DNA from: Escherichia coli
GTDB lineage: Bacteria > Pseudomonadota > Gammaproteobacteria > Enterobacterales > Enterobacteriaceae
Assembly (NCBI RefSeq): GCF_024700885.2
Contig: NZ_CP117016.1
Length of the DNA stretch: 64,000 nt
Reading direction: 5' to 3' (one strand)
The notes beneath the pieces were generated by a model. It was not told the origin of the DNA, did no database searches, and saw nothing but the letters and a program-made list of their open reading frames with translations. The position numbers and the translations under genes were made by a program. Of the stretch, positions 39,408-49,798 are shown in pieces (position 1 is the first letter of the stretch; each line of letters starts with the position of its first letter).

Positions 39408-41060
39408 ATGAAATTATTGCAGCGGGGCGTGGCGTTAGCACTGTTAACCACATTTACACTGGCGAGTGAAACTGCTCTGGCGTATGAGCAGGATAAAACC
39501 TACAAAATTACAGTTCTGCACACCAATGATCATCATGGGCATTTTTGGCGCAATGAATATGGCGAATATGGTCTGGCGGCGCAAAAAACGCTGGTGGATG
39601 GTATCCGCAAAGAGGTTGCGGCTGAAGGCGGTAGCGTGCTGCTACTTTCCGGTGGCGACATTAACACTGGCGTGCCCGAGTCTGACTTACAGGATGCCGA
39701 ACCTGATTTTCGCGGCATGAATCTGGTGGGTTACGATGCGATGGCAATCGGTAATCATGAATTTGATAACCCGCTCACCGTATTACGCCAGCAGGAAAAG
39801 TGGGCAAAGTTCCCGTTACTTTCTGCCAATATCTACCAGAAAAGTACCGGCGAGCGCCTGTTTAAACCATGGGCGCTGTTTAAGCGTCAGGATCTGAAAA
39901 TTGCCGTTATTGGCCTGACGACGGATGACACAGCGAAGTTAGGCAACCCAGAAAACTTCACCGATATTGAGTTCCGTAAGCCCGCCGATGAAGCGAAGCT
40001 GGTGATTCAGGAGCTGCAACAGACAGAAAAGCCAGACATTATTATCGCGGCGACCCATATGGGGCATTACGACAATGGTGAGCACGGCTCTAACGCACCG
40101 GGCGATGTGGAGATGGCACGCGCGCTGCCTGCCGGATCGCTGGCGATGATCGTCGGTGGTCACTCGCAAGATCCGGTCTGCATGGCGGCAGAAAACAAAA
40201 AACAGGTCGATTACGTGCCGGGTACGCCATGTAAACCGGATCAACAAAACGGCATCTGGATTGTGCAGGCGCATGAGTGGGGCAAATACGTGGGACGGGC
40301 TGATTTTGAGTTTCGTAATGGCGAAATGAAAATGGTTAACTACCAGCTGATTCCGGTGAACCTGAAGAAGAAAGTGACCTGGGAAGACGGGAAAAGCGAG
40401 CGCGTGCTTTACACTCCTGAAATCGCTGAAAACCAGCAAATGATCTCGCTGTTATCGCCGTTCCAGAACAAAGGCAAAGCGCAGCTGGAAGTGAAAATAG
40501 GCGAAACCAATGGTCGTCTGGAAGGCGATCGTGACAAAGTGCGTTTTGTACAGACCAATATGGGGCGGTTGATTCTGGCAGCCCAAATGGATCGCACTGG
40601 TGCTGACTTTGCGGTGATGAGTGGAGGCGGAATTCGTGATTCTATCGAAGCAGGCGATATCAGCTATAAAAACGTGCTGAAAGTGCAGCCATTCGGCAAT
40701 GTGGTGGTGTATGCCGACATGACCGGTAAAGAGGTGATTGATTACCTGACCGCCGTCGCACAAATGAAGCCAGATTCAGGTGCCTACCCGCAATTTGCCA
40801 ACGTTAGCTTTGTGGCGAAAGATGGCAAACTGAACGACCTGAAAATCAACGGCGAACCGGTCGATCCGGCGAAAACTTACCGCATGGCGACATTAAACTT
40901 CAATGCCACCGGCGGTGATGGCTATCCGCGCCTTGATAACAAACCGGGCTATGTGAATACCGGCTTTATTGATGCCGAAGTGCTGAAAGCGTATATCCAG
41001 AAGAGCTCGCCGCTGGATGTGAGTGTTTATGAACCGAAAGGTGAGGTGAGCTGGCAGTAA
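39408..41060 (+). CDS. ushA: Periplasmic UDP-sugar hydrolase / 5'-nucleotidase UshA
   Basis: 550-aa ORF with signal peptide; metallophosphatase motifs (DHHGH, GNHEFD). Confidence 0.96.
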   Translation: MKLLQRGVALALLTTFTLASETALAYEQDKTYKITVLHTNDHHGHFWRNEYGEYGLAAQKTLVDGIRKEVAAEGGSVLLLSGGDINTGVPESDLQDAEPDFRGMNLVGYDAMAIGNHEFDNPLTVLRQQEKWAKFPLLSANIYQKSTGERLFKPWALFKRQDLKIAVIGLTTDDTAKLGNPENFTDIEFRKPADEAKLVIQELQQTEKPDIIIAATHMGHYDNGEHGSNAPGDVEMARALPAGSLAMIVGGHSQDPVCMAAENKKQVDYVPGTPCKPDQQNGIWIVQAHEWGKYVGRADFEFRNGEMKMVNYQLIPVNLKKKVTWEDGKSERVLYTPEIAENQQMISLLSPFQNKGKAQLEVKIGETNGRLEGDRDKVRFVQTNMGRLILAAQMDRTGADFAVMSGGGIRDSIEAGDISYKNVLKVQPFGNVVVYADMTGKEVIDYLTAVAQMKPDSGAYPQFANVSFVAKDGKLNDLKINGEPVDPAKTYRMATLNFNATGGDGYPRLDNKPGYVNTGFIDAEVLKAYIQKSSPLDVSVYEPKGEVSWQ

Positions 41061-41067
41061 TCCGAAA

Positions 41068-41091
41068 GTGCCGGATGTTCGCATCCGGCAC
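41068..41091. terminator. Bidirectional hairpin terminator between convergent ushA and ybaK
   Basis: GTGCCGGATG-TTCG-CATCCGGCAC perfect 10-bp stem. Confidence 0.7.
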
Positions 41092-41096
41092 AATGC

Positions 41097-41591
<495 letters not shown>

Positions 41592-41697
41592 TTAAACAAA
41601 AAAACGAAGCAAGCATACGCCTGATGGCGGTCCAAAAAAAAGAGTCATCTTGCCTAAGAGTATTGGCAGGATGGTGAGATTGAGCGACAATCGAGTT

Positions 41698-41781
41698 ACA
41701 CCGTCGCTTAAAGTGACGGCATAATAATAAAAATATGAAATTCCTCTTTGACGGGCCAATAGCGATATTGGCCATTTTTTT
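41698..41781 (+). ncRNA. chiX: Small regulatory RNA ChiX (MicM/SroB)
   Basis: ACACCGTCGCTTAAAGTGACGGCATAATAATAAAAATATGAAATTCCTCTTTGACGGGCCAATAGCGATATTGGCCATTTTTTT matches the recalled ChiX sequence; ends in an intrinsic terminator (GGCCAATAGCGATATTGGCC plus T7) that abuts the convergent ybaP stop. Confidence 0.88.
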
Positions 41782-42574
41782 AACGCAACATCTGCGGCAA
41801 ATTCCCTTCTCCATACAGGTGTAGTGCACCGACTGCGACCACATAGCGCCCCGGCGGCATGGCGCATAATTTGTCCCGCCAGGCGAGATTTCGCTGATGC
41901 ATCAGCACATCGTACAGCGACTGACTGAACGTATTAGGCAGCGTTATTTCATTATTTTGCGGCGGCGCATTCAGCCACCAGCTCATCATTTGTTGCAGCA
42001 ACCGTGCATTGGTGTGCCAGTGGGTCAGCGTATCGTCCAGCAGCGCCAGTCCGTTGTCAGGGAGCTGGAGCAACATGGCAATCTGGTTTTCTGCCCCTTC
42101 CAGTTCAATCACGGGTTTATGTTGTTGCTTCGCCGCCTGCAATAGCTGGTAATCGATACCGTATTCTGCCCGCAGCCCCAGTTTTTGTGCCTGCGTCGCC
42201 TGAAGAACCATCGCGATTTGCCACAGCGGTTGGGTAGAAAAGAGCGACGGAGAAATGCCCATCTCCTGGCTAATGTGCTGCAGATTTTGGAGTTGCTCCT
42301 CGCTAATGCGCTCTTCCAGCGCCTCGCAGGCAGGCAAATTAGCAAAAGGCGTATCGCTGGTGGAAACATCCGCCTCGACGATCAGCGCATCGGCGTTTTT
42401 GAGCTTTTTGAGCAAACGGGTGGGCAGGGGAGCCATATCGTGGCTGCCCATATGAATACTGCCAATCAGATGAAAATGGCGATTGCCGGGAAGAGAGATA
42501 TCGATAGCAGGCCAGGTGTAATGATTACCGCGCAGCGCGGCCCAAAGCGTTTTTACCCGGTACAACAGATCCAT
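41780..42574 (-). CDS. ybaP: TraB-family protein YbaP
   Basis: 264-aa ORF. Confidence 0.9.
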   Translation of the reverse strand: MDLLYRVKTLWAALRGNHYTWPAIDISLPGNRHFHLIGSIHMGSHDMAPLPTRLLKKLKNADALIVEADVSTSDTPFANLPACEALEERISEEQLQNLQHISQEMGISPSLFSTQPLWQIAMVLQATQAQKLGLRAEYGIDYQLLQAAKQQHKPVIELEGAENQIAMLLQLPDNGLALLDDTLTHWHTNARLLQQMMSWWLNAPPQNNEITLPNTFSQSLYDVLMHQRNLAWRDKLCAMPPGRYVVAVGALHLYGEGNLPQMLR

Positions 42575-43002
42575 ACGACCTCCCTTTGTGAAATATCATG
42601 CTAGCGCGCGGGGAGGGATGGCGCAAATGGAGTTATGAGGCTTGTTCAGTGGTAGCTTAAATATGATCAAAAAATTGTTTTTGCTTTGAAACGAAAGACT
42701 GCACCGGTGTTGGTGGCGTCAAAATCGCCGAGGCGTTCCCTGAAGGCCGGGGCAGCCCACATGGATGTGGGCTGAGGGCGCGTTTTACAGGGATGTTACC
42801 TCGCGCCCGACCCGGTAGCCGCAAGGGATAAGCTGAGGGTACCGCGCAGCGGCGATTTTGTTCGCCAGAGCCCGGGGGCGCAGGGGGCGGCGGCGATTGG
42901 CCGCCCCCTGCGCGCTCCCTGCGCCAGTCACTTTATATGGCATTACTCATAAAAGGAGCGCAACAAGAACTGGATCTCACAAACGCATTAAGTAAATACC
43001 AA

Positions 43003-45507
43003 TCATTCCTTCGGTTTAAACCGCAGCAACCGGTTGGCGTTACTCACTACGGTAATCGACGAGAGCGCCATTGCCGCTCCGGCGACCACCGGGTTAAGCA
43101 GCGTACCGGTGAACGGCCACAAAATACCGGCGGCGACCGGAATACCGATACTGTTGTAGATAAACGCGCCGAGCAGGTTCTGCTTCATATTGCGCAGCGT
43201 TGCGCGGGAAATCGCGAGCGCATCCGCAACACCCATCAGGCTATGGCGCATCAGGGTAATCGCCGCGGTTTCAATGGCAACATCACTGCCGCCACCCATC
43301 GCAATACCGACATCCGCCTGAGCCAGCGCTGGCGCGTCGTTAATGCCGTCGCCCACCATTGCCACCTGACGTCCTTCACTTTGCAGACGTTTGATCGCTT
43401 CGGCTTTACCGTCCGGCAGCACCCCAGCTATCACCTCATCAATCCCTGCTTCTTTGGCGATCGCATTGGCGGTGGTTGGGTTATCCCCGGTTAGCATCAC
43501 CAGACGATATCCCGCTTTATGCAGGCGTTGCAGCGCCGCCACGCTATCACTACGCAATGGATCGCGTACAGCCAGCAGGGCTACCGCTTTCCCGTCAACC
43601 GCCAGCAGCACAGGCGTTGCCCCTTGCGATGCCTGAGCTGAAATATCTGCCTCAATCGCTTTAGTATCAACTTGCTGGTCATTTAACAGCGCCTGATTGC
43701 CCAGCAATACCGCATGACCTTCAGCTTCACCGCTCACACCCAGCCCGCGCAATGTGCGGAAACCGTTGACCTGCGGTAGCTGCATATCACCTGCTTTATC
43801 GAGGATCGCCCGTGCCAGCGGGTGGCTGGAACCTTGCTCCAGCGCCGCCGCCAGACGCAATGCTTGCGCTTCATCAACATCAGCAAATGTTTTTACTGCG
43901 ACAACCTGCGGCTTCCCTTCGGTCAGCGTCCCGGTTTTATCGAACACCACGGTGTCGAGCGTACTGGCGCGTTGCAGCGCGTCGGCGTCCCGCACCAGCA
44001 CACCAAACTCAGCCGCCCGCCCGACGCCCGAAATAATCGACATCGGCGTCGCCAGTCCCAGCGCACACGGACAGGCGATAATCAGCACCGTGGTGGCAAT
44101 CACCAGGGTATAGACAATCTGCGGTGCCGGACCAAAGAAATACCAGATTGCCGCACTGATCAGCGCAATGACTACCACTACCGGCACAAACACGGCGGAG
44201 ATTTTATCCGCCAGTTGACCGATTTCTGGCTTGCTGCTCTGGGCCTGTCGCACCATGCGAATGATCCGTGACAGCGTAGTATGGCTGCCGACCGCACTGG
44301 CACGAAACAGCACACTGCCGTCCTGTACCACTGTCCCGGCATGGACGCTATCGCCTTCGCCTTTTTGCTGCGGGATAGGTTCGCCCGTCAGCATCGCTTC
44401 ATCCAGCCACGCTTCGCCTTGAGTAATCTCACCATCTACCGGCACACGGTCGCCGGTCGTCAGGCGCAGTAACATACCTGGCTGAACATCTGCCAGCGGC
44501 ACGTTTTTTTCACCTTCGTCAGTGACCAGGCGCGCCGTCGGTGGGGTTAAATCGAGTAATTTCTCCAGCGCCTTAGAAGAACGCTGACGCGCGCGCGCTT
44601 CCAGCATATGGCCGAGATTGATCAGACCGATAATCATCGCGCTGGCTTCGTAATAAAGATGTCGCGCTTCCATCGGGAACCACTGCGGCCACAGGTTGAC
44701 GCTCATCGAATAGAGCCACGCCACGCCCGTACCCAGCGCCACCAGCGTATCCATTGTCGCCGCGCCGTTCAGCAGGCTTTTCCATGCACTGCGGTAAAAA
44801 TGCCCGCCGGCGAAAACCATTACCGCCAGGGTTATCAGGCCGATAACCAACCACAGGCTGCGGTTGTCGGCGGTGACCATCATGTTATCGCCGATCATCC
44901 CCCAGACCATCACCGGGATACCCACCGCCAGTGCGACAATCGCCTGCCAGCGGAAGCGCTTCATCGTAGCGACGGCGGTTTCTTGCTGGCGCTCGCGGCG
45001 TTTAGCGTCATCTTCAATCGCTTCCGCGCCGTAGCCCGCTTTTTCCACCGCCTGCACTAAATCTTGTGGGGAGGCACTGCCCATCACCAGCGCAGTACGC
45101 TCCGCCAGGTTTACCCGTGCCTGAGTGACGCCCGGTACGCTTTGCAACGCATTTTGTACGCGGGTGACACAGCTGGCGCAGCTCATGCCGCTCAGCAGCA
45201 ACTGCTGGCTGTCATCGTCATCGGCGGTCGCTGCCGGAAGCGCCTCAGAAACCGCTGTCAGTGCTTCCGACGGGATTGATGACTCCGCCAGCGGTTTAGC
45301 CTTTGGGTGGCTTACAGATGCGTCATAACCCGCTTGTTTGATGGTTTCGATCAGCTGTTCTGCACTGGCAGTCCCGGTAACGTGCGCTTCAGTGACAGAC
45401 ACATCCGCCTGCTCAACATCCGGGCGCTGTTCGAGACTTTCTTTCACGCGTTTAACGCAGTGACCGCAGGACAGGCCGTCCAGGGTCAGGTCGATAGTTT
45501 GTGACAT
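43003..45507 (-). CDS. copA: Cu(I)-translocating P1B-type ATPase CopA
   Basis: 834-aa ORF; two N-terminal GxxCxxC metal-binding domains, CPC motif, DKTGTLT phosphorylation site. Confidence 0.97.
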   Translation of the reverse strand: MSQTIDLTLDGLSCGHCVKRVKESLEQRPDVEQADVSVTEAHVTGTASAEQLIETIKQAGYDASVSHPKAKPLAESSIPSEALTAVSEALPAATADDDDSQQLLLSGMSCASCVTRVQNALQSVPGVTQARVNLAERTALVMGSASPQDLVQAVEKAGYGAEAIEDDAKRRERQQETAVATMKRFRWQAIVALAVGIPVMVWGMIGDNMMVTADNRSLWLVIGLITLAVMVFAGGHFYRSAWKSLLNGAATMDTLVALGTGVAWLYSMSVNLWPQWFPMEARHLYYEASAMIIGLINLGHMLEARARQRSSKALEKLLDLTPPTARLVTDEGEKNVPLADVQPGMLLRLTTGDRVPVDGEITQGEAWLDEAMLTGEPIPQQKGEGDSVHAGTVVQDGSVLFRASAVGSHTTLSRIIRMVRQAQSSKPEIGQLADKISAVFVPVVVVIALISAAIWYFFGPAPQIVYTLVIATTVLIIACPCALGLATPMSIISGVGRAAEFGVLVRDADALQRASTLDTVVFDKTGTLTEGKPQVVAVKTFADVDEAQALRLAAALEQGSSHPLARAILDKAGDMQLPQVNGFRTLRGLGVSGEAEGHAVLLGNQALLNDQQVDTKAIEADISAQASQGATPVLLAVDGKAVALLAVRDPLRSDSVAALQRLHKAGYRLVMLTGDNPTTANAIAKEAGIDEVIAGVLPDGKAEAIKRLQSEGRQVAMVGDGINDAPALAQADVGIAMGGGSDVAIETAAITLMRHSLMGVADALAISRATLRNMKQNLLGAFIYNSIGIPVAAGILWPFTGTLLNPVVAGAAMALSSITVVSNANRLLRFKPKE
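45301..45307 (-). other. copA: copA programmed -1 frameshift slippery site giving the ~70-aa CopA(Z) chaperone
   Basis: Minus-strand heptamer C CCA AAG spans codons 67-69 (His-Pro-Lys); the -1 frame reads CCC AAA GGC TAA, terminating after Gly70. Confidence 0.75.
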
Positions 45508-45555
45508 AAAACACTCCTTTTAAGACAGTTTTGACTGGCTGTGATAAAGGTTAAA

Positions 45556-45574
45556 CCTTCCAGCAAGGGGAAGG
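45556..45574. promoter_or_regulatory. CueR (MerR-family) operator within the copA promoter
   Basis: Inverted repeat CCTTCC-N7-GGAAGG (CCTTCCAGCAAGGGGAAGG) adjacent to a TTGACC -35 on the copA strand; typical MerR-type long-spacer promoter about 50 bp upstream of the copA ATG. Confidence 0.75.
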
Positions 45575-45769
45575 TCAAGAAATTAATAAACCAGGCGGGT
45601 AAAAGTCCGTAAAGATTAAAAAATCGGCTCGATTTGCATCAGGATTAGACATTTATCTCTTTGTTTTCCTGTAGTTAAGTTGCGGGTGCTAAGTTAAATC
45701 AGGATGCCTGAAAATCGGCACCGGGGTGAGGAATTACCTCCCGCATCTATAAAAAGGAGTTAACAAAAG

Positions 45770-46702
45770 ATGTTAGATGCAAACAAATTACAGCAGGCAG
45801 TGGATCAGGCTTACACCCAATTTCACTCACTTAACGGCGGACAAAATGCCGACTACATTCCCTTTCTGGCGAATGTACCTGGTCAACTGGCAGCAGTGGC
45901 TATTGTGACCTGCGATGGCAACATCTATCGCGCGGGTGATAGTGATTACCGCTTTGCGCTGGAATCCATCTCGAAAGTCTGTACGTTAGCCCTTGCGTTA
46001 GAAGATGTCGGCCCGCAGGCGGTACAGGACAAAGTTGGCGCTGACCCGACCGGATTGCCCTTTAACTCAGTTATCGCCTTAGAGTTGCATGGCGGCAAAC
46101 CGCTGTCGCCACTGGTAAATGCTGGCGCTATTGCCACCACCAGCCTGATTAACGCTGAAAATGCCGAACAACGCTGGCAGCGAATTTTACATATCCAACA
46201 ACAACTGGCTGGTGAGCAGGTAGCGCTCTCTGACGAAGTCAACCAGTCGGAACAAACAACCAACTTCCATAACCGGGCCATTGCCTGGCTGCTGTACTCC
46301 GCCGGATATCTCTATTGTGATGCAATGGAAGCCTGTGACGTGTACACCCGTCAGTGCTCCACGCTCATCAATACTGTTGAACTGGCAACGCTTGGCGCGA
46401 CGCTGGCGGCGGGTGGTGTGAATCCGCTGACGCATAAACGCGTTCTTCAGGCCGACAACGTGCCGTACATTCTGGCTGAAATGATGATGGAAGGGCTGTA
46501 TGGTCGCTCCGGTGACTGGGCGTATCGCGTTGGTTTACCGGGCAAAAGCGGTGTAGGTGGCGGTATTCTGGCGGTCGTCCCTGGCGTGATGGGAATTGCC
46601 GCGTTCTCACCACCGCTGGACGAAGAAGGCAACAGTGTTCGCGGTCAAAAAATGGTGGCATCGGTCGCTAAGCAACTCGGCTATAACGTGTTTAAGGGCT
46701 GA
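45770..46702 (+). CDS. glsA: Glutaminase 1 (GlsA/YbaS)
   Basis: 310-aa ORF, serine-dependent glutaminase family. Confidence 0.94.
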   Translation: MLDANKLQQAVDQAYTQFHSLNGGQNADYIPFLANVPGQLAAVAIVTCDGNIYRAGDSDYRFALESISKVCTLALALEDVGPQAVQDKVGADPTGLPFNSVIALELHGGKPLSPLVNAGAIATTSLINAENAEQRWQRILHIQQQLAGEQVALSDEVNQSEQTTNFHNRAIAWLLYSAGYLYCDAMEACDVYTRQCSTLINTVELATLGATLAAGGVNPLTHKRVLQADNVPYILAEMMMEGLYGRSGDWAYRVGLPGKSGVGGGILAVVPGVMGIAAFSPPLDEEGNSVRGQKMVASVAKQLGYNVFKG

Positions 46703-46704
46703 TC

Positions 46705-47997
46705 ATGATGAACACGGAAGGTAATAACGATAACAAACCCCTCGGTCTATGGAACGTCGTTTCCATCGGTATTGGGGCAATGGTGGGGGCGGGGATCTTC
46801 GCGCTGCTGGGGCAGGCTGCGTTGCTAATGGAAGCCTCGACCTGGGTCGCCTTTGCTTTTGGCGGTATTGTGGCGATGTTTTCCGGTTATGCCTATGCGC
46901 GCCTGGGGGCGAGCTATCCCAGCAATGGCGGTATTATCGACTTCTTTCGTCGCGGATTAGGCAACGGCGTCTTTTCGCTGGCACTCTCGTTATTGTACCT
47001 GTTGACGCTGGCGGTGAGCATCGCCATGGTCGCCCGTGCTTTTGGCGCTTATGCCGTGCAGTTTTTGCATGAAGGCAGCCAGGAGGAGCACCTTATATTG
47101 CTCTACGCGTTGGGGATCATTGCGGTGATGACGCTTTTCAACTCCTTAAGCAACCATGCGGTAGGGCGGCTGGAAGTGATCCTCGTCGGCATTAAAATGA
47201 TGATCCTGTTATTGCTGATTATTGCCGGTGTCTGGTCGCTGCAACCGGCGCATATTTCCGTCTCTGCGCCCCCCAGCTCCGGTGCGTTCTTCTCCTGTAT
47301 CGGGATAACCTTCCTTGCCTATGCGGGCTTTGGCATGATGGCGAACGCGGCGGATAAAGTGAAAGATCCGCAGGTCATTATGCCACGGGCGTTTCTGGTG
47401 GCGATTGGCGTTACCACGTTGCTTTATATCTCGCTGGCGCTGGTTTTGCTTAGCGATGTATCGGCATTAGAGTTAGAAAAATATGCCGATACCGCCGTAG
47501 CGCAGGCAGCTTCTCCGCTGCTCGGGCATGTGGGTTATGTGATCGTCGTCATCGGCGCTTTACTGGCGACGGCTTCAGCCATCAACGCGAACCTGTTCGC
47601 CGTGTTTAACATCATGGACAACATGGGCAGCGAACGCGAACTGCCAAAGCTAATGAATAAATCCCTGTGGCGGCAGAGTACCTGGGGCAACATCATTGTC
47701 GTGGTGCTGATTATGCTGATGACGGCGGCGCTGAATTTAGGCTCACTCGCCAGCGTTGCCAGCGCCACCTTTTTGATCTGCTATCTGGCGGTGTTTGTGG
47801 TGGCGATCCGCCTGCGTCATGATATTCACGCCTCGTTGCCGATTCTTATCGTTGGTACGTTGGTGATGTTGTTGGTGATCGTTGGCTTTATCTACAGCCT
47901 GTGGTCCCAGGGCAGCCGTGCGTTGATATGGATTATTGGTGCAATCTTACTCAGCCTTATTGTGGCAATGGTCATGAAGCGCAATAAAACCGTATAA
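46705..47997 (+). CDS. ybaT: APC-family amino acid transporter YbaT
   Basis: 430-aa 12-TM ORF starting 3 bp after glsA (operon). Confidence 0.92.
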   Translation: MMNTEGNNDNKPLGLWNVVSIGIGAMVGAGIFALLGQAALLMEASTWVAFAFGGIVAMFSGYAYARLGASYPSNGGIIDFFRRGLGNGVFSLALSLLYLLTLAVSIAMVARAFGAYAVQFLHEGSQEEHLILLYALGIIAVMTLFNSLSNHAVGRLEVILVGIKMMILLLLIIAGVWSLQPAHISVSAPPSSGAFFSCIGITFLAYAGFGMMANAADKVKDPQVIMPRAFLVAIGVTTLLYISLALVLLSDVSALELEKYADTAVAQAASPLLGHVGYVIVVIGALLATASAINANLFAVFNIMDNMGSERELPKLMNKSLWRQSTWGNIIVVVLIMLMTAALNLGSLASVASATFLICYLAVFVVAIRLRHDIHASLPILIVGTLVMLLVIVGFIYSLWSQGSRALIWIIGAILLSLIVAMVMKRNKTV

Positions 47998-48008
47998 CAC
48001 CTCTCTGC

Positions 48009-48041
48009 GCGCAGTACAGCCTGTACTGCGCCTTTGTCTTT
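48009..48041 (+). terminator. Rho-independent terminator of glsA-ybaT; last recognisable core-backbone feature before the island
   Basis: Hairpin GCGCAGTACA-GCC-TGTACTGCGC followed by CTTTGTCTTT. Confidence 0.7.
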
Positions 48042-48334
48042 AATTCAAATTACCTTTCTTATTCCTTTAATAAATAAGTCACAAAAAAATGATATATACG
48101 CGATAAATCTGTGATGCTAATCACTTATTACCGTGGATTATTCTTAATGTGTATGATGGTAATCTAAAAGTCGTAGTGTATTCTAAATAAATAACGTATA
48201 AGCTTTTTAGCTGCATTTCTTTGCCCATATCAAAGATCGACAAAAGAGATGCACAAGTTATTACCCTTCTTAATAAAATGAGACTGGTTATAAAAACCAG
48301 TTAAAATAATGACCTGGAAGGAAGTGACTTATCT

Positions 48335-49690
48335 ATGGCGCGATTCCAGTTTAAAAGCCGTAAAAATAATGGGTTTATTTTTTTAATAAGTTTTATGGTG
48401 ATGGGAGAGGCTACAATTGCTGCACCGCTGCCACAATGGGCGAACGCCCCAGCGGTAACGCCAGTTGCCCGATTATCTTTACAGGAAAGTATATTACGCG
48501 CCTTTGCGCGAAATCCCGACGTCACTCAACAGGCGGCGCAGATAGGTATTGGCGAAGCGCAAATTGATGAAGCCAAAAGTGCCTGGTATCCGCACGTTGG
48601 ATTAACCGGCAATGCGGGACCGTCCCGACAAACGGACTCCAGTGGCAGGCTTGATAACAACGTTTCGTATGGCATAACCCTGACACAGCTGGTGTATGAC
48701 TTTGGTAAAACTAACAACGATATCAAACTGCAAACTGCCGCCCGTGACAGCTACCGCTTTAAATTGATGGCAACATTAACCGATGTTGCAGAGAAAACGG
48801 CGACTGCCTATATGGAAGTCAGTCGTTATCAGGCTTTGTGCGATGCGGCTCAACGCAATATTCACTCGCTGGAAAACGTCTACAACATGGCGGCATTGCG
48901 CGCTAATGCTGGCCTGAACTCATCGTCGGATGAATTACAAGCCCAGACGCGCATTGCCGGAATGCGCTCAACGCTGGAGCAATATCAGGCGCAGATGGCA
49001 AGCGCCAAAGCGCAACTGGCGGTGCTCACTGGCGTACAGCCGGAGGCGATAGCCGCGCCACCTGCTGAATTAGCCGAGCAGCCGGTATCGCTGAAAAATA
49101 TTGATTACCAGTCCATCCCGCTGGTGCTGGCGGCAGAAAACTTACGCCAGTCAGCACAGTACGGCGTGGAAAAAACGAAAGCGCAATACTGGCCAACGCT
49201 CAGTATTCAGGGGGGCAAAACGCGCTACCAGACCAGTGACCGCTCGTATTGGGACGATCAGTTACAACTGAACGTTAACGCGCCGCTGTATCAGGGCGGC
49301 GCAGTTTCAGCCCAGGTGCAACAGGCTGAAGGGCAACAAAAAATCTCTGCCTCGCAGGTCGAACAGGCAAAACTGGATGTGCTGCAACGAGCGTCTGTGG
49401 CATATGCCAACTGGACAGGCGCACGGGGTCGCGAAGAAGCCGGTTTAGCACAATCCGAAAGTGCGCACAAAACGCGAGATGTGTACCAAAATGAATATAA
49501 ATTGGGCAAACGCAGTCTGAATGATCTATTAACCGTCGAGCAAGATGTCTTTCAGGCGCAATCGGCTGAAATAAATGCCAATTATGATGGCTGGGTCGCC
49601 GCCGTAAATTATGCCGCTGCGGTGAATAACCTTATTCCATTAGCGGGAATTAAACAGGGCTTATACAACGACTTACCCGACTTGAAATAA
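48335..49690 (+). CDS. TolC-family outer membrane factor of a type I secretion system
   Basis: 451-aa ORF with signal peptide (KSRKNNGFIFLISFMVMGEATIA/APLP) and Gln/Ala-rich coiled-coil repeats typical of TolC-family channels; not part of the K-12 backbone at this position. Confidence 0.8.
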   Translation: MARFQFKSRKNNGFIFLISFMVMGEATIAAPLPQWANAPAVTPVARLSLQESILRAFARNPDVTQQAAQIGIGEAQIDEAKSAWYPHVGLTGNAGPSRQTDSSGRLDNNVSYGITLTQLVYDFGKTNNDIKLQTAARDSYRFKLMATLTDVAEKTATAYMEVSRYQALCDAAQRNIHSLENVYNMAALRANAGLNSSSDELQAQTRIAGMRSTLEQYQAQMASAKAQLAVLTGVQPEAIAAPPAELAEQPVSLKNIDYQSIPLVLAAENLRQSAQYGVEKTKAQYWPTLSIQGGKTRYQTSDRSYWDDQLQLNVNAPLYQGGAVSAQVQQAEGQQKISASQVEQAKLDVLQRASVAYANWTGARGREEAGLAQSESAHKTRDVYQNEYKLGKRSLNDLLTVEQDVFQAQSAEINANYDGWVAAVNYAAAVNNLIPLAGIKQGLYNDLPDLK

Positions 49691-49798
49691 TCCTGCCATT
49701 ATTAATATCAGGTATGCCTCGTTGTTAAGTGATTACCTTTGTCTTATTTAGATAAATGGACTCGCTAAGGATATGCGCCATTTATCAGGAATGCCATT

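Noticed and set aside
42937-43494. 185-aa plus-strand ORF starting in the ybaP-copA gap
   Set aside because: Almost entirely antisense to the 3' end of copA; not a ybaQ replacement (no HTH-like sequence)
48378-48384. T7 homopolymer within the signal-peptide codons of the OMF gene as a possible slipped-strand phase-variation switch
   Set aside because: A 7-nt tract is short for efficient slippage and arises naturally from Phe/Ile/Leu codons in a signal peptide; no other evidence
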